Notes: generated by a model from the sequence alone, not told the origin. Numbered from the stretch's first letter, positions 26,962 through 36,998 are shown. The stretch: DNA of 64,000 bases from an uncultured Myxococcales bacterium (GCA_964476185.1 CAYYZO010000005.1:12532-76531), one strand, 5' to 3'. Made by a program: numbers and translations.

Positions 26962-27698
26962 GCCGCCTCCGGGCGCGCCGCCGGCTTGCGGGGACGCGGC
27001 GCGACGGGGCGCAGCGCGTTCATGATCACGCAGAGGGTCATCTTGTAGACGTAGTAGAGCACGCGCGGGCCGGAGTGCATCGACGGCGAACCGCTCTCCA
27101 CGCGCATGTGCACCGGCACGTCCACGATCCGGAAGCCGCTGCGGGCGGCGAGCACGAGGATGTCCGCGTCCGGGTAATCGAGCGGGAAGACCTCGGTGGA
27201 GTAGAGCTCGAGCACGTCCCGTCCGAGCGCCTGCAGGCCGGAGGTCGGGTCGGCCAGCTCGACGCCGCTCAAGGCGCGGACGAGGAAGCGGAACCAGGAG
27301 CTGCCGAGACGGCGCAGCGCGGGCATCGGGTAGGTGGACCCCGCGTGAAAGCGGCTGCCGACGACGAGGTCGGCGCGCCCCTCGAGGATCGGCGCCGCGA
27401 GCGCGGCGACGTCGTCGGGATCGTGCTGGCCGTCCGCGTCGAGCTGCACGGCCAGGTCGTAGCCGCCTCGCAACGCATACAGGTAGCCGGTCTGCAGCGC
27501 GGCGCCGTATCGGATGTTGAACGGGTGCGAGACCACCCTCGCGCCTGCGGCGCGCGCGAGATCCGCGGTGCCGTCGGTCGAGCCGTCGTCGACCACGAGC
27601 ACGTCGAAGTCCGGCGCCGAGGCGCGACAGCTCGCCACGACGTCCGCGATCGATCGGGCCTCGTTCCAGGCCGGCAGGATCAGGAGCTTCCGGGGCAT
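26958..27698 (-). CDS. family 2 glycosyltransferase (polyprenol-phosphate sugar transferase, DPM1/CsbB-like)
   Basis: ..LLILPAWNEARSIADVV..VLVVDDGSTDGT..QLDADGQHDP.. gives the DxD / GT-A motifs. 246 aa. Confidence 0.85.
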   Translation of the reverse strand: MPRKLLILPAWNEARSIADVVASCRASAPDFDVLVVDDGSTDGTADLARAAGARVVSHPFNIRYGAALQTGYLYALRGGYDLAVQLDADGQHDPDDVAALAAPILEGRADLVVGSRFHAGSTYPMPALRRLGSSWFRFLVRALSGVELADPTSGLQALGRDVLELYSTEVFPLDYPDADILVLAARSGFRIVDVPVHMRVESGSPSMHSGPRVLYYVYKMTLCVIMNALRPVAPRPRKPAARPEAA

Positions 27699-27868
27699 CC
27701 GCGCGAAGATACCATCAGGCCCGAGCCTTTTCCCAACGTCGCCGCGATGCGTGTCGCCGCTTCGCCGTTCCGCGCGAACCGTCTCGTGCCCCGGTTGGCC
27801 GGTTGCCGCGCGCCGGACCGGCCACCGGGCGAATCGCGCGCCGCGGGCCGCGCACGTATACTCCGGCG

Positions 27869-29329
27869 ATGCCCGCCGCTCCCCGGTCCCGCAAGGCGAA
27901 GCTCGCCGTGCTCGCCTGCCTGGCCGCGACGGCGGCCTTCGCCGCCGCGTGCCGTGGCGGCGACCGGCCGCGCAACGTCGTCCTGGTCTCGGTCGACACG
28001 CTTCGAGCCGACCGCCTGGGAGCCTACGGCGCCCCGCGAAGGACCACCCCGCACCTCGATCGCTGGTTCGACCCGCAGCACGCGCGCGTCTACCGGCGCT
28101 CGTGGTCGACGGAAGCCTCCACCACGCCGAGCATCCTCAGCATGCTGACAGGGCTGCTGCCGCAGCAGCACCGCGTGCGCATGCTCGTGCAACTCGTGCC
28201 GCCCGAACTCGAGTTGCTGCCGGAAATGCTGCCGGAGGAATGGCAGACGGCCGGGTTCGTCTCGAACATGATGCTGACCACCGAAGCCAGCGGGCTCGGC
28301 GCGCACTTCGACCACTACGACGACTTCGTCGACGAGCGGGAGCGCCACCGCGGCGACACGTTCGAGCGCAACGCCGCGCGCACGACCGACGCCGTGCTCG
28401 ACTGGCTCGCGGCCGGCGCGAAGGCCGCCGCGTCGCCGCCGCAAGGATCGACCGCGGCGCGCGACCCCGAGCGGCCCCTGTTCCTGTGGGTCCACTACAT
28501 GGACCCGCACGGACCGTACCACGCGCCCGACGACTGGAAGCGCACGTTCACGCACCCCTCCCCGCTGCCGATCGACGTCTCGCGGATCCTCGAGTACCAG
28601 CGCGAGCCCGGCGTCACCGACGGCCTCGCGTACGTGGACGCCTACGACGAGGAAGTCGCCTACACCGATTCCGAGATCGGCCGCCTGCTCGAGGGGCTCG
28701 ACCGGGTGCTCGACCTCGACGAGACGCTCGTCGTCTTCACGGCCGACCACGGCGAGGCCCTCCTCGAGCACGAGTTCTGGTTCCGCCACGCCGTGCAGGT
28801 CTACGAGGAGATGGTCCGCGTGCCGCTGATGCTGCGCGGCCCCGGCGTGGTTCCAGGGGCGAGCGAACTCGTGACGAGCGGCACCGACGTCGCTCCGACC
28901 GTGCTCGCCGCGCTCGGCCTGCCCGCACGCGCGGCGGCTCCGGCCGTCGACCTTCGCAGCGGCAAGGGCCTTTCCGCGGACCGCATCGTCTACACCGAAG
29001 CCTCGCTGAGTTCCCGGGACGGCGGCGACCAGTGGCGCGCCGCGATCCAGGGGACCTCGAAGTGGGTGATCGGCGTTCGCAAGGGCGACTGCGAATCGAA
29101 GACGCGGCGCTACGACCTCGCGAAGGATCCGCTCGAACTCACGATCAAGAAATGGAGCGGCGACGGCGATGCGCCGCAGTCGCTGCTGCGCCTGTGCCGC
29201 GAGGATCCGGACCCCGCCGGCATCCCGCAGCACTGGGCGTTCGGCAAGAGCCTGGCCGGACCGAAGGCGCCGCCGATGAGCGGCGAGGACCAGCTGAGGA
29301 GCCTGAAGGCACTCGGCTACGCGGAGTGA
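27869..29329 (+). CDS. sulfatase / alkaline-phosphatase superfamily protein (LTA-synthase / phosphoglycerol-transferase-like), signal peptide
   Basis: ..NVVLVSVDTLRADRLGAYG.. is the sulfatase N-terminal motif and ..VVFTADHGEALLEHEFW.. is the metal-site motif. Signal peptide is MPAAPRSRKAKLAVLACLAATAAFAAA. Confidence 0.8.
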   Translation: MPAAPRSRKAKLAVLACLAATAAFAAACRGGDRPRNVVLVSVDTLRADRLGAYGAPRRTTPHLDRWFDPQHARVYRRSWSTEASTTPSILSMLTGLLPQQHRVRMLVQLVPPELELLPEMLPEEWQTAGFVSNMMLTTEASGLGAHFDHYDDFVDERERHRGDTFERNAARTTDAVLDWLAAGAKAAASPPQGSTAARDPERPLFLWVHYMDPHGPYHAPDDWKRTFTHPSPLPIDVSRILEYQREPGVTDGLAYVDAYDEEVAYTDSEIGRLLEGLDRVLDLDETLVVFTADHGEALLEHEFWFRHAVQVYEEMVRVPLMLRGPGVVPGASELVTSGTDVAPTVLAALGLPARAAAPAVDLRSGKGLSADRIVYTEASLSSRDGGDQWRAAIQGTSKWVIGVRKGDCESKTRRYDLAKDPLELTIKKWSGDGDAPQSLLRLCREDPDPAGIPQHWAFGKSLAGPKAPPMSGEDQLRSLKALGYAE

Positions 29330-29339
29330 CGCGCGCGCG

Positions 29340-31487
29340 ATGATCGAGCGCCCCCTCTCCCGGTTCGCGCCGGTCGCGGTAGCAGTCGCGGGCCTCGTCG
29401 CGGCGATCCTGTGGGTGCACGCGCCGTCCCTCCTCGGCCCCCGGCGCCTGACCGCGCACCACGACAACCTCGACGGCGCGGCGCCTCTTCGCCTCGAGGC
29501 CGCGCGACAGTGGAAGAGCGGACGGCTCCCGCTCTGGAATCCGTACAAGCGCGCCGGCATGCCGCTGCTCGCCGACACCACGGCCGGCGCGATCTATCCC
29601 GGCAACGCGCCGTTCCTGTTCGTGCAGGAGGGCGACAGCGCGGGAACAGGACCGACGGCCTTCCGTGCGATGGACGCGGTCGCCGCGCTGCACGCGGTGC
29701 TCGCCGGCCTGTTCACGTTCGCGTTCCTGCGCGCGCTCGGCGCGGGAGCCGCCGCCGCCGCGCTGGGCGGGCTCGTCTACGCGTGCAGCGGCGCGATGAC
29801 CTGGTTCGCCGCGTGGTACATCCAGATCCAGAACTCGATCGCGTGGCTGCCGCTGATCCTGCTCGCGGTGCATCGCGCCGCGACTTCCGACGGCCGCTCG
29901 ACCGGATGGATCGCGACCGGCGGCGCGGCGGTCGCGCTGCAGTTCTTCGCCGGGTTCCCCGAGACCAGCTTCTACAGCGGCGTGATCGCGATCGCGTACG
30001 CGCTGTCGCTCGTCCGCCGCGAGCAGCCGTGGCGGCCGCTGCTCGGCGTCGCGGGCATCTACCTCGCGGGGCTCTCGCTGGCTGCCGTGCAACTCGTTCC
30101 GTCCATCGAGCTGCAGTCGCTCTCGCGGCGGCCGGCCGGGCTTCCGCTCGAGGTCTTCCAGTCGCTGCCGGCGTCGGCGTCGATGGTCCTGTCGTGGTTC
30201 GCGGCGCCGGCGGACTCCGGTTTCGCGTTCCCGCCGGCGGCCGCGTACCACTTCGGCGCGGCCGCGGTCGTCGCGGCCGCGGCCGGCCTCGTCGCGCGAG
30301 CGCGCGCGAACGTGTTCTTCGCCGCGCTGCTGGCCGTCGGCTACCTGCTCGCGGTGGGCTCCGCGACGCCCGTGAACGGCTGGCTGCACGCGCTGCCGGG
30401 CTTCGGCGCGTTCCGGCATCCGTTCAAGCACTTGTTCGAGCTCTCGTTCGCGATGGCCGTGCTCGCCGGGCTCGGGGCCGACCGGTTGCTGCGCCGGCGT
30501 GCGGACGCGCGCTGGCCGCTCGTGGTGGTGGCGCTCGCGATCGCGGCGACGGCGACGAGCCTGCGCTCGAGCCACGCGGTGCTCGCCGCGGCCAACCCGC
30601 CGCAGGTCGACACGTCGGGCGCGCGCCCGGGAATCGCGGACCGCGTCGAGCCCGGCTGGCGCGTGCTCACGCCGCGCCAGTGGTTCCAGAAGCGCGATCC
30701 CGCGTTCCTGCTCGGCGACTACCCGAGCCGCTACCGTGTCCCGGCGCTGCACGGCGCCGGCCCGTACCTGTGGGCCCCGCTCGCCCAGGCGACCGGCATG
30801 ATCGAGGAGGAAACCACGTTCCGGCGCGGCCTGTTCGGCGCGAGCGACCGCACGCTCGCGGTGCTCTCCACGCGCTACGTCGTGCAGTCGAGGCAGGACG
30901 GGGCATTCGTCCCGAAGCTCGATCCCTCGGTATGGCACGAGGTCGCGACCGACGGCGACGCCAGGCTGGTCGAGCGACGCGACGCCCTGTCGCGCGTCCG
31001 CGTCGTCGGCGACGTTCGATGCGCCGCCGCCCCGGACATCGCGGCAGCGCTCCGCCCCGGCCCCGAGGATCCGCGCGAGGTCGCGATCGTCGACTGCGAG
31101 GAAGCAGGTCCGCCCGCGCGACCGCTTCACGCAGCGGCCTCGGTCCCGGTGTCGATCGTGGACGAAGACGCTGGCCGCCTCACGCTGGACACGGCCGTCC
31201 CCGAGGACGGCACGGCGTTCGTCGTGCTGTCGCAGGCCGACTTTCCCGGCTGGACGGCCGCATGCGGCGACCGGGAGCTGCGCATGCGCCGCGTGGACGG
31301 ACTCGTGCAGGGTATCGAAGTCCCGGGCGGCACTTCGCGGGTGGACGTCGCCTACCGCCCGCGTTCGTTCCTGGCGGGCGCGGTGGTCAGCGCAGCCGCG
31401 GCGACCCTGCTCGGCCTGCTGCTCCTGCGCCGGGCGCGCCGGCCCGCCGGCGTCAGCCCCTCGCCGCGCGGGGCAGTCGCACCGTAA
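29340..31487 (+). CDS. YfhO family membrane protein (putative glycosyltransferase of lipid-linked glycans)
   Basis: 715 aa with many N-terminal TM helices (..GFPETSFYSGVIAIAYAL..) and a large C-terminal extracytoplasmic domain, matching YfhO architecture. Confidence 0.7.
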   Translation: MIERPLSRFAPVAVAVAGLVAAILWVHAPSLLGPRRLTAHHDNLDGAAPLRLEAARQWKSGRLPLWNPYKRAGMPLLADTTAGAIYPGNAPFLFVQEGDSAGTGPTAFRAMDAVAALHAVLAGLFTFAFLRALGAGAAAAALGGLVYACSGAMTWFAAWYIQIQNSIAWLPLILLAVHRAATSDGRSTGWIATGGAAVALQFFAGFPETSFYSGVIAIAYALSLVRREQPWRPLLGVAGIYLAGLSLAAVQLVPSIELQSLSRRPAGLPLEVFQSLPASASMVLSWFAAPADSGFAFPPAAAYHFGAAAVVAAAAGLVARARANVFFAALLAVGYLLAVGSATPVNGWLHALPGFGAFRHPFKHLFELSFAMAVLAGLGADRLLRRRADARWPLVVVALAIAATATSLRSSHAVLAAANPPQVDTSGARPGIADRVEPGWRVLTPRQWFQKRDPAFLLGDYPSRYRVPALHGAGPYLWAPLAQATGMIEEETTFRRGLFGASDRTLAVLSTRYVVQSRQDGAFVPKLDPSVWHEVATDGDARLVERRDALSRVRVVGDVRCAAAPDIAAALRPGPEDPREVAIVDCEEAGPPARPLHAAASVPVSIVDEDAGRLTLDTAVPEDGTAFVVLSQADFPGWTAACGDRELRMRRVDGLVQGIEVPGGTSRVDVAYRPRSFLAGAVVSAAAATLLGLLLLRRARRPAGVSPSPRGAVAP

Positions 31488-33984
31488 AGCACGTCCCGCG
31501 ACCGTCGGCCGTCGTCAGCGCGATGCTGCCCCCGTGCCGATCCACGACCTTGCGAACGGTCGCGAGCCCGAACCCGGTGCCGGTCTTCTTCGTCGTGAAG
31601 AACAGGTCGAAGATGAGCGGTCGTTTCTCCTCGGGAATGCCGGGGCCGCGATCCTCGACCGACAGCCACGCGCCCGTGTCGTCCGATCCGGCGCGCACGT
31701 CGACGCTCGCGTCGTCCGGCGACGCATCGATCGCGTTCGCGACGAGCTCGACGACGACCTGCTCGAACAGCGCGACGTCCACGTCCACCCACAGTTCCGG
31801 GCCGACGGCCCCGAAGGAGAGTTCGACGCCGCGCTGCCTGGCCTTGCCGCGCGACACCTCGACCGCGCGAGCGACGAGTGCGCGGAGGTCGGTGCGCTCG
31901 GGGTGCGGCTCGAACGGTCGCGAGAAGTCGAGCAGGTCGCGGATGCGCCTCTCGAGCCGGCCCGCCTCAGAACTGATGTCGCGGAAGTTCTCGCCGGCCG
32001 GGTGGCTCTCGAACTCCATGCCGCCGAAATCGGCGGCCATCTTGATCGCGGCGAGGGGGTTGCGCATCGCGTGCGCGACGGCGCCCGACAGCTCGCCGAT
32101 CGCCGCGAGCCGCTCGGCGCGGATCAGCTGGTCCTGGGCTTCGTGCAGCTCGCGGTTCGACCGCTCGAGGGCGTCGGCCTTGGCCGCGAGATCGACGTTG
32201 AGGCGGCCGATCGTCGCGTAGGCCTGCGCGTTCTCGAGCGCGACCGCGAGTTGGTCCGACATCGTGCGCAGGAGCTCGGCATCGTCCCCGGTGTGGAAGC
32301 CGCCCGCGCGTTTCGGCCCGACCACGAGGAAGCCCGTCTCGCGGCCTTCCAGCTTCATCCCGGAAGCGAGCTGGCGCTGGAGCTCGACGCTGCCCTCGCG
32401 GCCAGGCGGCATCGGCCCGGTGAAGAACCCGCTTTCGCGCAGCACGTCCGCGACCGGAGCGAGCTCCGGCGCCGCACGGTCGGCGACGACGACGCGGCCC
32501 GGCGACCCGGGGCCGCCGTCGTAGACGAGCGCGGCGCGCCTCAGCGGGACGCCGTCGCCGTCGAGCGTGAACAGCTCGGCCGACAGCGGCTGCACGGTCT
32601 CGTCGATGAGGTCGAGCGACGTGCGCACGAGCGCCTCGAAGTCGAGGATCGAGCTGAACCTTCGCGACGCCGTGCGGACGACGTCGCGATACTCGTAGCG
32701 GCGCCGGTCGTAGAGGCGGTCGACGAGCGCCTGCACGCGATCGCGGCTCGGGTTCAGGAGCATGAGGAGCGCGAGCAGGATCAGGCCGGACGTGAGGCGT
32801 CCGGCCGCTCCCGCCAGGCTCTCGAACAGGGCCTCGACGACCGTGATGACGAGCCAGTACACCCCGATGACCGCCGCGCTGAGCAGCAGGTAGGCCAGGG
32901 CGCGCTTGATCAGGCGGTCGACGTCGAACAGGTCGTGCCGGGCGATCGCGTAGCCGATGCCGACCGGGAACGCGACGAAGAAGATCGTGAGCACGTTGAA
33001 CGGGATCGCCGCGCTCCCCACGTAGACCGCGACGAGCGCGAGCACCGGCAGGAACGCGCCGAGGCTCGCGAGCAGCACCACCTTCGTGCGCTGGCGCGCG
33101 GCGGGGTCGGAGGTCGTCACGAACTGCCAGGTGAAGAATCCCATCGACGCGAGGATGCTCGACGCCAGGTAGACGTGGAACAGGCGGTCGAGCACGAGCA
33201 GGAGCTCGCGATGCCCGAAGAACGCCGCGTTCGACGCGATGCCGAACGCGACGGATCCCGCCGCGAGGAGCCCGATCGCCGGCGTCTCCCAGCGCCGCCG
33301 ACCACGCCCGATCGGGAACCAGCTGATCACCGCATACGCGCTCGTCGGCGCCGCCGCGGCGAAGAAGAAGTACGCGGGGCGGAAGATGTAAGGTCCGAAC
33401 AGGTCGATCGCAGTCGCGAGGAAGAGCGCGAGCGTCGTCGCGAAGGTCGTGAGCGCCGTGGAGTCCGCGCCGGTCGGCTTCAGGTACAGCATCACGACCG
33501 CGAGGACCATCAATGCGACCGCGTCGAACAGGAAGATGCCGGTGCTCTCGGCGTAGTGGCGCAGCGTGAAGACCTCGACGGGGACGGTGGCCGAACCGAC
33601 CACCCCGTTTCGCTCGAACTCGTAGCGCACGAGGTCGCCGCGCTCTTTGCCGCGCAGCACGTCCTCGAGGTCGTCCGCGGTCTCCAGCGAGACCCCGTCG
33701 GCCGAGAGCAGCCACGAGTGGTACGGCAGCCCCGACCGGACGCCCGTCCACGACGAAGCGCCGATGGCCGGCACGAAGAGATTCTCCCAGACGAAGAATC
33801 CCGGGAACGCGCGCCCGATCGGCTGCACGGAGTTCAGGCCGCAGACCGAGACGACCACGAGCGCGACGGTCGCGACCGCGACTCGCCACGCGCCGGGCGC
33901 GAGCAGGCGCGAGAGGCGCGAAGGGGAGGACGCGGTGTCGATCGGAAGGCCGGCGGTCGTCATGCGGATGGCCGCACTATACAC
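31453..33984 (-). CDS. sensor histidine kinase with extracytoplasmic PDZ-like domain, about 7 TM helices, GAF domain, HisKA and HATPase_c
   Basis: PDZ-like block (..LLSADGVSLETADDLEDVLRGKERGDLVRYEFERNG..), then multiple TM helices, a GAF-like region, the H-box ..AHAMRNPLAAIKMAADF.., and ATPase N/G boxes (..VELVANAIDA.., ..EDRGPGIPEE..GTGFGLATVRKVV..). Confidence 0.85.
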   Translation of the reverse strand: MYSAAIRMTTAGLPIDTASSPSRLSRLLAPGAWRVAVATVALVVVSVCGLNSVQPIGRAFPGFFVWENLFVPAIGASSWTGVRSGLPYHSWLLSADGVSLETADDLEDVLRGKERGDLVRYEFERNGVVGSATVPVEVFTLRHYAESTGIFLFDAVALMVLAVVMLYLKPTGADSTALTTFATTLALFLATAIDLFGPYIFRPAYFFFAAAAPTSAYAVISWFPIGRGRRRWETPAIGLLAAGSVAFGIASNAAFFGHRELLLVLDRLFHVYLASSILASMGFFTWQFVTTSDPAARQRTKVVLLASLGAFLPVLALVAVYVGSAAIPFNVLTIFFVAFPVGIGYAIARHDLFDVDRLIKRALAYLLLSAAVIGVYWLVITVVEALFESLAGAAGRLTSGLILLALLMLLNPSRDRVQALVDRLYDRRRYEYRDVVRTASRRFSSILDFEALVRTSLDLIDETVQPLSAELFTLDGDGVPLRRAALVYDGGPGSPGRVVVADRAAPELAPVADVLRESGFFTGPMPPGREGSVELQRQLASGMKLEGRETGFLVVGPKRAGGFHTGDDAELLRTMSDQLAVALENAQAYATIGRLNVDLAAKADALERSNRELHEAQDQLIRAERLAAIGELSGAVAHAMRNPLAAIKMAADFGGMEFESHPAGENFRDISSEAGRLERRIRDLLDFSRPFEPHPERTDLRALVARAVEVSRGKARQRGVELSFGAVGPELWVDVDVALFEQVVVELVANAIDASPDDASVDVRAGSDDTGAWLSVEDRGPGIPEEKRPLIFDLFFTTKKTGTGFGLATVRKVVDRHGGSIALTTADGRGTCFTVRLPRAARG

Positions 33985-34018
33985 GCCGCGGCGCGACCGG
34001 GAACCCGGCGCGGCGGCG

Positions 34019-36103
34019 TCAGTTGCGGCTCACGCAGCGCACGGCCCGGAGGCTCGACGTGCACTTGAGGTGACGGGAGAAGGTGTCGTCACCGACCGTC
34101 ACGGCGAGCACGAGCCCGTTCGCGAGTTCCTCGGCGGGCTCGGTGTCCACGATCTCGAGCCGGCGCGCGACGAAACGCGCCCGTACCCCTCGCCGCGCGG
34201 CGCGCAGCTTGGCGCGCTGCAGGCCGGCGAGCGTGCCGTCCGGGTCTTCGTACTCCCAGGTCGGGCGGTCGTCGGTCTTCGTGAACATCCCGGGCACCTG
34301 CACGAAGTAGTGGAGACGGTCGCCTTCGGCGACGGTGATCTCCACCTCCTCCGCCTCGGGCGCGAGCACCTGCCCCTGCTCGAAGCGCAGCAGCGCGCGG
34401 ATGCGCACGATGTCGTCCCGGAGCCCGGCGCGCGGCTTGATCGTGAGGCGGGCGCGCGTGTTGAACGCGCGGAACCGCGAGCCCGCCTGCGGGCACTCGT
34501 TGCAGCCGCCCTCGGAGTCGTTGAGCACGCAGGTGCCGTCGCAGCAGTTGCCCTGCCCGTCGCCGTCGCTGTCGTTCTGCGAAGGGTTCACGTCCTGCAG
34601 GCAGTTGTCGTCGCACGGAACGGAGTTCTTCACGTCCGCCGCCGTGCACGGATGGTCCCCGATCGTGCCGCTTCCGTCGCCGTCGTCGAGCACGCCGTCG
34701 TCGTCGGTGTCGACGTCGCCCGACTGGTTCGCGAACACGAGCGCCTGGTCGAGCCCGATCGGCACGGCCGGCGGGGCGTCGTAGACCGTCACCCGCGCCC
34801 GCCCCTCGACGCCGTCGGATCCGATCTTGATCGAGATCCCGCGCGCCGTGAGCACGTTGACCGTCTCCTCGAAGGGATTGCCGTCCGCGTCGGGCTGCAG
34901 GATGCGCAGGCCGCCTTCCGCGCTCAGTCGCGCGGGAACGCCGGAAGGATCGGGATCGGCGATGTTGCCGAGGGCGTCCACCGGCATCAGGCGGAGGATC
35001 ACGTTGCGACCGGTGCGCAGCGCGACCTCCCCGGCCGGCGTCACGAGCCGGCGCGAAGAACCGGTCGTGGCCGGCGCGGGCCGCACCACCATGCGCGAGG
35101 ACGCGACGAAGCTCGACTGGCTCACCTCGCGAAAGAGCCGCACGCCGATGGCGGGGCCGCTCAGCGAAACGAACTGGTCGACCGTCGCGTTGGTGCCGTC
35201 GACGGGAACCGCGAACTTCTCGGCCAGGCCCGCCGTGTCGGGTTCCGGAAGAAGGAACTCCGAAGGCTGGTAGAAGAGGATGTTCGGTCCGTTCGGATCG
35301 GGCGGATTCGGCTCGTCGAGCCACACGACGGCCATCGGGTCGAGCGGCGGGAAGAACGGCCAGTTCGTGAAGATCGGCGTGCCGTTCGACCACAGCCGTC
35401 CGGGGTCGTCCCCGGTGTACATGCCCGCGACGAGCGCGACGCGAAGGCCGCCCATGCTCGCGGGCGCGCCGATGCGCACGGCCAGCTGGTTCGTGAAGCG
35501 GTCGGCGGCGATCTGGCCGACCTGGCGCCCGACGTGCGCGATCGCTTCCTGTTTCTGCAACTCGTTGTCGGCGCTGCCGTCGGTGTCGGTGGGTCCGATG
35601 CGGCCGTCGCCGTCGAGGTCGGCATAGGCGAAGACCGCCAGCGGCCGCTGGTCGAGGCCCGCCAGCGGAGCGCCGTACGGGAACGCGCCGGGGCCGTCCG
35701 TCACGAACACCGTGAACGGGACCGGCGCGCCCTGGCTGTTCCCTCCGCCGCCCGCGGTGTTCTGCACCAGCACGGGATTGCCCGCGCTGCCGGCCGGCGC
35801 GGGGATCTGGGTTTCGCTCGCGAACGTGCCGACTCGCACCACGAGGTCGACGTCCCCGGTCAGGCTGTTCGTGATGATCGGAGGGCCGTCGCTCCAGCGT
35901 CCGAGCGGCCCCTTCGAGGGAAGCACGAGCGGCAGGCCCGGCTGCATCGGATACGGCCCGGTGACCGGATCGCACGGATCGCCGGCGAACACGGGCGCCA
36001 CGTTGTCGCAGGGACCCGCCGAGGCTTCCCGCGAGAGGCCCGGCGCAACGACGATCGCCGTCAGCGCGACCGCGACACCGAACGCGGATCGCACGCCCCT
36101 CAC
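34019..36103 (-). CDS. secreted protein with thrombospondin-type-3-like Ca-binding Asp-rich repeats and a C-terminal Cys-rich module
   Basis: Signal peptide MRGVRSAFGVAVALTAIVVAPGLS, then ..DVDTDDDGVLDDGDGSGTIGDHPC..CDDNCLQDVNPSQNDSDGDGQGNCCD... I recognise no enzymatic motif. Confidence 0.7.
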   Translation of the reverse strand: MRGVRSAFGVAVALTAIVVAPGLSREASAGPCDNVAPVFAGDPCDPVTGPYPMQPGLPLVLPSKGPLGRWSDGPPIITNSLTGDVDLVVRVGTFASETQIPAPAGSAGNPVLVQNTAGGGGNSQGAPVPFTVFVTDGPGAFPYGAPLAGLDQRPLAVFAYADLDGDGRIGPTDTDGSADNELQKQEAIAHVGRQVGQIAADRFTNQLAVRIGAPASMGGLRVALVAGMYTGDDPGRLWSNGTPIFTNWPFFPPLDPMAVVWLDEPNPPDPNGPNILFYQPSEFLLPEPDTAGLAEKFAVPVDGTNATVDQFVSLSGPAIGVRLFREVSQSSFVASSRMVVRPAPATTGSSRRLVTPAGEVALRTGRNVILRLMPVDALGNIADPDPSGVPARLSAEGGLRILQPDADGNPFEETVNVLTARGISIKIGSDGVEGRARVTVYDAPPAVPIGLDQALVFANQSGDVDTDDDGVLDDGDGSGTIGDHPCTAADVKNSVPCDDNCLQDVNPSQNDSDGDGQGNCCDGTCVLNDSEGGCNECPQAGSRFRAFNTRARLTIKPRAGLRDDIVRIRALLRFEQGQVLAPEAEEVEITVAEGDRLHYFVQVPGMFTKTDDRPTWEYEDPDGTLAGLQRAKLRAARRGVRARFVARRLEIVDTEPAEELANGLVLAVTVGDDTFSRHLKCTSSLRAVRCVSRN

Positions 36104-36780
36104 GGCTCGCTCTCCGGAACCGGATCCGCGTCAGGGCCGGCCGCGGGCTCCGCGACCGGCGAACCGGTCCCGTTGTCGGGTTCGCCGACAATGCTGCCCT
36201 CCTCGACCCTGTCGATGGGAGGAGCGATCTGCAGCGGTCGCGTGATCGTGTTGCTGAGGATCGGCGAGACGTAGTCGTCGTCGAGCACGAGGTACGCCAC
36301 GACGCTGATCGGGCCGTCGCCGGCCGGAACCGGGCTGGCGAGTTTCATGCGCTGCGCCTCGAAGTTCACGAAGCGCGCCGCCGGCTCCACGGCGCCCGCG
36401 GCTTCGATCGCCACGATGTCGTCGCCGTCGATGCCGGCGTCCATCCGGGCGCCGAGGCCGGGGACGTATCCGACGAACACCTGGTCCGGATGATGGAAGC
36501 GCAGGAAGTTGTCGTCGCGCACCAGCAGCACGTTGAACGAAAGACCCGACGCGACCTGGACGAGATTGTCGAACTCCCAGCTTCCCGAGATGCGCAGCGA
36601 CATGCCGGCCGGGGACGGCTCCATGTCGACGGAACCGATGGCGACGAGCACCCGGCACGACCCCGCGATCGCGGCCGCGCCTCCCACGACGGCGAGCGCG
36701 GCGAACGCGAGGCCGGCCACCAGCGCTCGCGATCGGCGCGAGGGCACGTCACGCCCGGATGCGAAGGTAATTCTCGCCAC
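36100..36780 (-). CDS. secreted hypothetical protein
   Basis: Signal-peptide-like N-terminus (..ALVAGLAFAALAVVGGAAAIAG..) and a 4-bp overlap with the downstream secreted protein gene. The C-terminus is Pro/Glu-rich. Confidence 0.55.
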   Translation of the reverse strand: MARITFASGRDVPSRRSRALVAGLAFAALAVVGGAAAIAGSCRVLVAIGSVDMEPSPAGMSLRISGSWEFDNLVQVASGLSFNVLLVRDDNFLRFHHPDQVFVGYVPGLGARMDAGIDGDDIVAIEAAGAVEPAARFVNFEAQRMKLASPVPAGDGPISVVAYLVLDDDYVSPILSNTITRPLQIAPPIDRVEEGSIVGEPDNGTGSPVAEPAAGPDADPVPESEP

Positions 36781-36980
36781 GCCAATGCCCTATCGCTGGC
36801 AATTCATGGCACCCGTCTGGGCTCGAGACAACCCGTTTTCCCGGCCGATCTCCTCGTGCGCGGGAGCACGGAGCCGTTTTCTACTGGCCTGCGCCGTCCT
36901 CCCCGAGGAAACGCAGCAAATCCGGGCCGCGATCGGCCGCGCGATTCCGGCCCGGCGCACTCCGGCACGGGACCGACTCG

Positions 36981-36998
36981 CCTGAACCGCGGTTCAGG
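36981..36998. promoter_or_regulatory. perfect 18-bp palindrome CCTGAACC-GC-GGTTCAGG immediately upstream of the arsS-like gene
   Basis: 8-2-8 inverted repeat ending 19 bp before the ATG at 37017. No T-tract follows it, so it is not a terminator. Candidate operator. Confidence 0.35.
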
